A DNA stretch of 64,000 bases from Azolla caroliniana (Eukaryota > Plantae > Polypodiophyta). Below the pieces are notes generated by a model that saw only the letters and a program-made list of their open reading frames with translations, searched no databases and was not told where the DNA came from. The stretch lies in contig JBHGNT010000008.1 in NCBI GenBank assembly GCA_043228905.1, positions 3,844,001 to 3,908,000 of the forward strand, written 5' to 3'. A program made the translations under genes and the position numbers. Below, piece by piece: positions 60,093 to 64,000 of the stretch (position 1 is the stretch's first letter; each line of letters begins with the position of its first letter).

Positions 60093-63000
60093 ATGTCTAG
60101 CCAAATGGAAGGGGAAGAAGGGTGTTTAGAATTACCCCTCAATGATCATAAGGATAGGGATGATGTTATCAGGACACAACAAGCCATACGAAACTATTGG
60201 GCAGAAAAAAAAAGGAAACATCGTCAATTGTTGAAGGATACGAAAGCCACACTCAGTAAAGGTAAGGATAGTTTAGTTGAGAATGTAAGTAATGCGACTA
60301 CCATCATAGAGAGAAAGGTTGTAGACTATTTCAATGTTCAAACCAAGCACATCAGCAATGAAGAAAAGAAGGTAGTACTTTATGGAATATGTAATGATCC
60401 ATCGATAAAGGACTTAGTTGATTGTGATGGTCTTAATGCAAACATATCATCTATTTTAGTAAATAATCTTCGTAATAGTTTCGTATCCATGAGCAGGTCA
60501 GAAGATGATCTTGTCTTAAAAAGGTCTAGTCTAATGATGTTACTTAATAGTGATGTTGACGATATAAACATCAGTGAGCTATCTAAGGTAATTGGTGTTA
60601 GTAGAAAAACAGTGTACAATACAATGAACCGTATAATTTCCTCGGGTGAAGGAACTAGTCTACTAAAGCTAACTACAAGATGTAAGCCAATGACACCCAT
60701 AACATTTGAAATCAAGGATGTAATCACAATGTTTTGGACTAATGAGAGTAGGGTTTCACCCAATAAAAAGGATTTATGCAGGAAACGTGTTGGAAGAAAT
60801 CAATACGAGGAGCATCCCATTCATCTTCTTGATGTACCTCAGGTATTTACATTTATCTCAACATTTGTTTTGACTCTACTCGGAAAGTTAATTAGCTCAG
60901 TTAGCAGAAAAGCTAATTAGCTTATCAGTTACATTTACCTCAGTTAGCTACTAGGATCGCTACTACATAGGTAACTAGCTACTCTCAATAGTTACTACCA
61001 TGATAGCTAATTAGCTATTCTCAATAGCTAATTTAGGTACTACCAGATAATTAGCTGTACTGCTAGCTAGTTAGCTATCATGGTAGCTAGTTAGCTATTT
61101 CGTTATTACCAGCTAATTAGCTACTAGGAAAGCTAATTAGCTACCATGATAGCTAATTAGCTACTATGATAGCTACTACATAGGTAACTGGCTACTCTCA
61201 ATAGCTACTACCATGATAGCTAATTAGTTAGGATAGCTAATTAGCCATCATTATAGCTAATTAGCTACTAGACCAGCTAATTAGCTACCATGATAGCTAA
61301 TTAGTTACTAGGACAGCTAATTAGCCACCGTGATAGCTAATTAGCTACTATACCAGCTAATTAGCTACCATGATAGCTAATTAGTTACTAGGAAAGCTAA
61401 TCAGCCACCATTATAGCTAATTAGCTACTAGACCAGCTAATTAGCTACCACGATAGCTAATTAGCTACTAGACCAGCTAATTAGCTACCATGATAGCTAA
61501 TTAGTTACTAGGAAAGCTAATTAGCCACCATGATAGCTAATTAGCTACTAGACAAGCTAATTAGCTACCATGATAGCTAATTAGTTACTAGGAAAGCTAA
61601 TTAGCCACCATGATAGCTAATTAGCTACTAGAGCAGCTAATTAGCTACCATGATAGCTAATTAGCTACTAGGACAACTAATTAGCTACTAGGACAGCTAA
61701 TTAGCTACCATGATAGCTAATTAGCTACTAGAATAGCTAACTAGCTACTAGAATAGCTAACTAGCTACTAGAATAGCTAATTAGCTACTAGGATAGTTAG
61801 CTAGTTACGAGAATAACTAATTCCCCTTTATTACGCAGGTCGATTTATTTATTAGGTTCAAACGAATGCATCCAACTATCAAAGTTCAACTACGAACATT
61901 CGAGTCTCTTAAGCCACACTTTGTGAGACGCTTAAAGGATCGATACACATGTTGTTGCATTTACCATGTACAGATGGGTTTTCTGAAGGACTCTATTAAT
62001 CTACTACGTCACCATAGCGCATCCCTAACTAATAAAGTTTGCACATGTGGGTGCCTAATCTGTCGATCAAGCCCGCAAGAGGAGTGTAAATCATCTGAGC
62101 ACGTTATCTCTTCCATGAGTTATTTATTAGATTCAATATTGTGTCTGAGAGAATCTGACGCTATCTTCCATATTCATAAATGTGTCATGGGTTTATGTCA
62201 AGATTGTGGCCCTACTAGATTTAGGTGGTGTCCAAATGAATTGAGTAGTGAAATATTGATCTCTGTGAAGTTATTTGAGTCAGTGAACACCAATTTCGAA
62301 GGAAAGGTGTGTAAAAGAAAGGATCTAGTTCGGAAGATGCTTAAACCAAGGGATTTGGTGTCTCTGTTTGTAGTATCTCTAGGAAAGTTCATCAAACACA
62401 ATTTCATTTATTCATGGCAGGCCCATCAGTTTAAGACTTGCATATCTGATTTCCCAAATGATGTAGTAGTCTCAGTAGTAGATTTCGCAGAGAATTATAC
62501 TTTCAAGCAGCAGAATGAAATTCAATCTATGCATTGGTGTTCAGTTCAGGTAACCATTTTTGTGCACATAACATATTTTCGAGTTTCAGGTGATGTTAAA
62601 AAAGTAATTCATTTCTTTATTTCCGATGATAAGAAGCATGATACCTTGTTCGTCCAACACTGTTTTAAGTTACATTGGCAGTGGTTATTAGCTCAACGTA
62701 AGGAGCTTACTCAACATTGGGTCTGGTCTGACGGAGCTGCGTCACAATTCAAGGCTCGACGTCCATTTTATTTTGTGGGGAGGTATCCTGCTATAACAGG
62801 TTTGGAGATGAGATGGAATTTTTTTGGGTCTGGCCATAGTAAAGGTGAACATGATGGTGCAGGGGCTGTTATAAAGCGGGCACTTACCCATGAACAACTA
62901 AAGACAGATGGTGTGCACATGAATTGTGCATCACATGTAGTTGAATTTTTAAGAACAAATATGTCGACGAGTGCCACAGGTGTTTATTCCTCGCAAGTTC

Positions 63001-63680
63001 AAGATATCAAACGTGAATTTTGGGAAGTGAAGATAGATGAAGTAAATAGGGAGAAGACCTGGGAGTGCCAAGGAATTCCCGAATTGCGATCTCTGCATGC
63101 TGTTCGCGGTTATTCCAGGTTGGATGGTCATTGTATTGCGGTTAGAGAATTGACTTGTTTTTGCTTCCATTGTGTGCAGGGAAATTGGAGATATTGTCTA
63201 AACAAAGCATACATTCAGAATTGGGAGTATCACACTCTGAATGATAAGGAAGCAGTTGATGGAGAAACAGGGCAGAATGCTGACTTCACATATGAGGGAC
63301 TTGGAGATACTTTGAGTGATGTCCTGAACGTTGGGGATAACTTCGCTGTAAATGCTGAAGAAGGCAATTCAGAGGGTGCTGATTTCTATATATTAAAGTG
63401 CACGGTTAGTAAACAGTGTGCAAGGCAGAATATTGTAGATGCATGGGGAAATTTTGTATCTGCCGGGACATTCTACATCGAAGGCATTTTTTATGCAAAA
63501 CTAGATGACTACGAATATGTGTACAGGCTGTTAGAAGACAAACCAACGGCGTATATGTACTCTCATTTGGTCAGATGCATCAACGTCCCAATGTCAGAAT
63601 ACAATAGCTGCTCCGGTTTATACACTGTTGGTGCTAATGTGTATGAATGTATTTACAATAGTATGCCATGGAATTTGTAG
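60093..63680 (+). CDS. Sola2-like DDD transposase, 2 exons (60093-60842, 61839-63680), ~863 aa
   Basis: CCTCAG|GTATTT ... TTACGCAG|GTC joins the 275-aa and 604-aa ORFs in phase 0. HTH (ISELSKVIGVSRKTVY), FW..SRVSPNKKD, F..LKP.FV, Cys cluster (CCCIYH..C..G.C..C), catalytic VDFAENY / WSDGAASQFK / WNFFGSGHSKGEHDGAGAVIKR, and CFCFHC. Confidence 0.8.
60885..61822. repeat. Intronic minisatellite of ~20-bp units centred on the palindrome (T)AGCTAATTAGCT(A)
   Basis: Roughly 40 units such as CTACCATGATAGCTAATTAG and CTACTAGACCAGCTAATTAG fill the 996-nt intron. Confidence 0.93.
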
Positions 63681-64000
63681 CTACAAGTAGCACTTACCAT
63701 GTTCTCTTGTAAAACAAACATGTATTTCGCGAAAACAGATCAATAAATTCATTTGGAATCAATTTCTTGTATACAGTCTGCTTTCTGTGCTTCTTTCTCA
63801 ATAAAATCATGTCTTTTTTGTTAAGTTTGAAGTTATAAGTTATAGCGAAATAGTCATCAGTAGCTAATTAGCTGTACAAATGCAGCTAATTAGCTGTACA
63901 AATGTATTTACAATAGTATGCCATGGAATTTGTAGCTACAAGTAGCACTTACCATGTTCTCTTGTAAAACAAACATGTATTTCGCGAAAACAGATCAATA
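63646..64000. repeat. Direct duplication (period 255 bp) spanning the transposase stop codon
   Basis: 63646-63745 recurs at 63901-64000 (AATGTATTTACAATAGTATGCCATGGAATTTGTAG...CAGATCAATA). Confidence 0.9.

Larger units (their letters stand above)
58668..64000 (+). mobile_element. Sola2-like DNA transposon (right end outside the window)
   Basis: Begins GAGGGTGAAAGC where the chromovirus integrase frame breaks; contains tandem arrays and a spliced DDD transposase. Confidence 0.7.

Overview
Nuclear DNA of a land plant, probably a seed-free lineage such as a fern (inferred from the TE spectrum, not proven). Two convergent host genes occupy the centre. One is a 24-exon TWD40-1/TTRAY1-type subunit of the TPLATE/TSET endocytic complex (+, 16215-35867, ~1646 aa), with one GC-AG intron and one U12 AT-AC intron. 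The other is a 5-exon MPB2C-like microtubule-binding coiled-coil gene (-, 37775-39923, ~436 aa). Nested transposon blocks flank them. Left: decayed copia > Tcn1-like chromovirus > an intact, very young Tnt1/Tork-like copia (4067-9452) and a solo LTR. Right: a decayed MULE with a higher-order repeat array, copia fragments, several members of an unusual non-chromovirus gypsy lineage (DHG protease motif, FLDD RT, tRNA-Trp PBS, -1 frameshift placed after the protease), a chromovirus fragment, and finally an apparently intact spliced Sola2-like DDD transposase element (58668 to window end). That element carries an 83-bp tandem array and an intron built from a TAGCTAATTAGCTA palindrome array. All family assignments come from motif recognition by eye; no searches were run.
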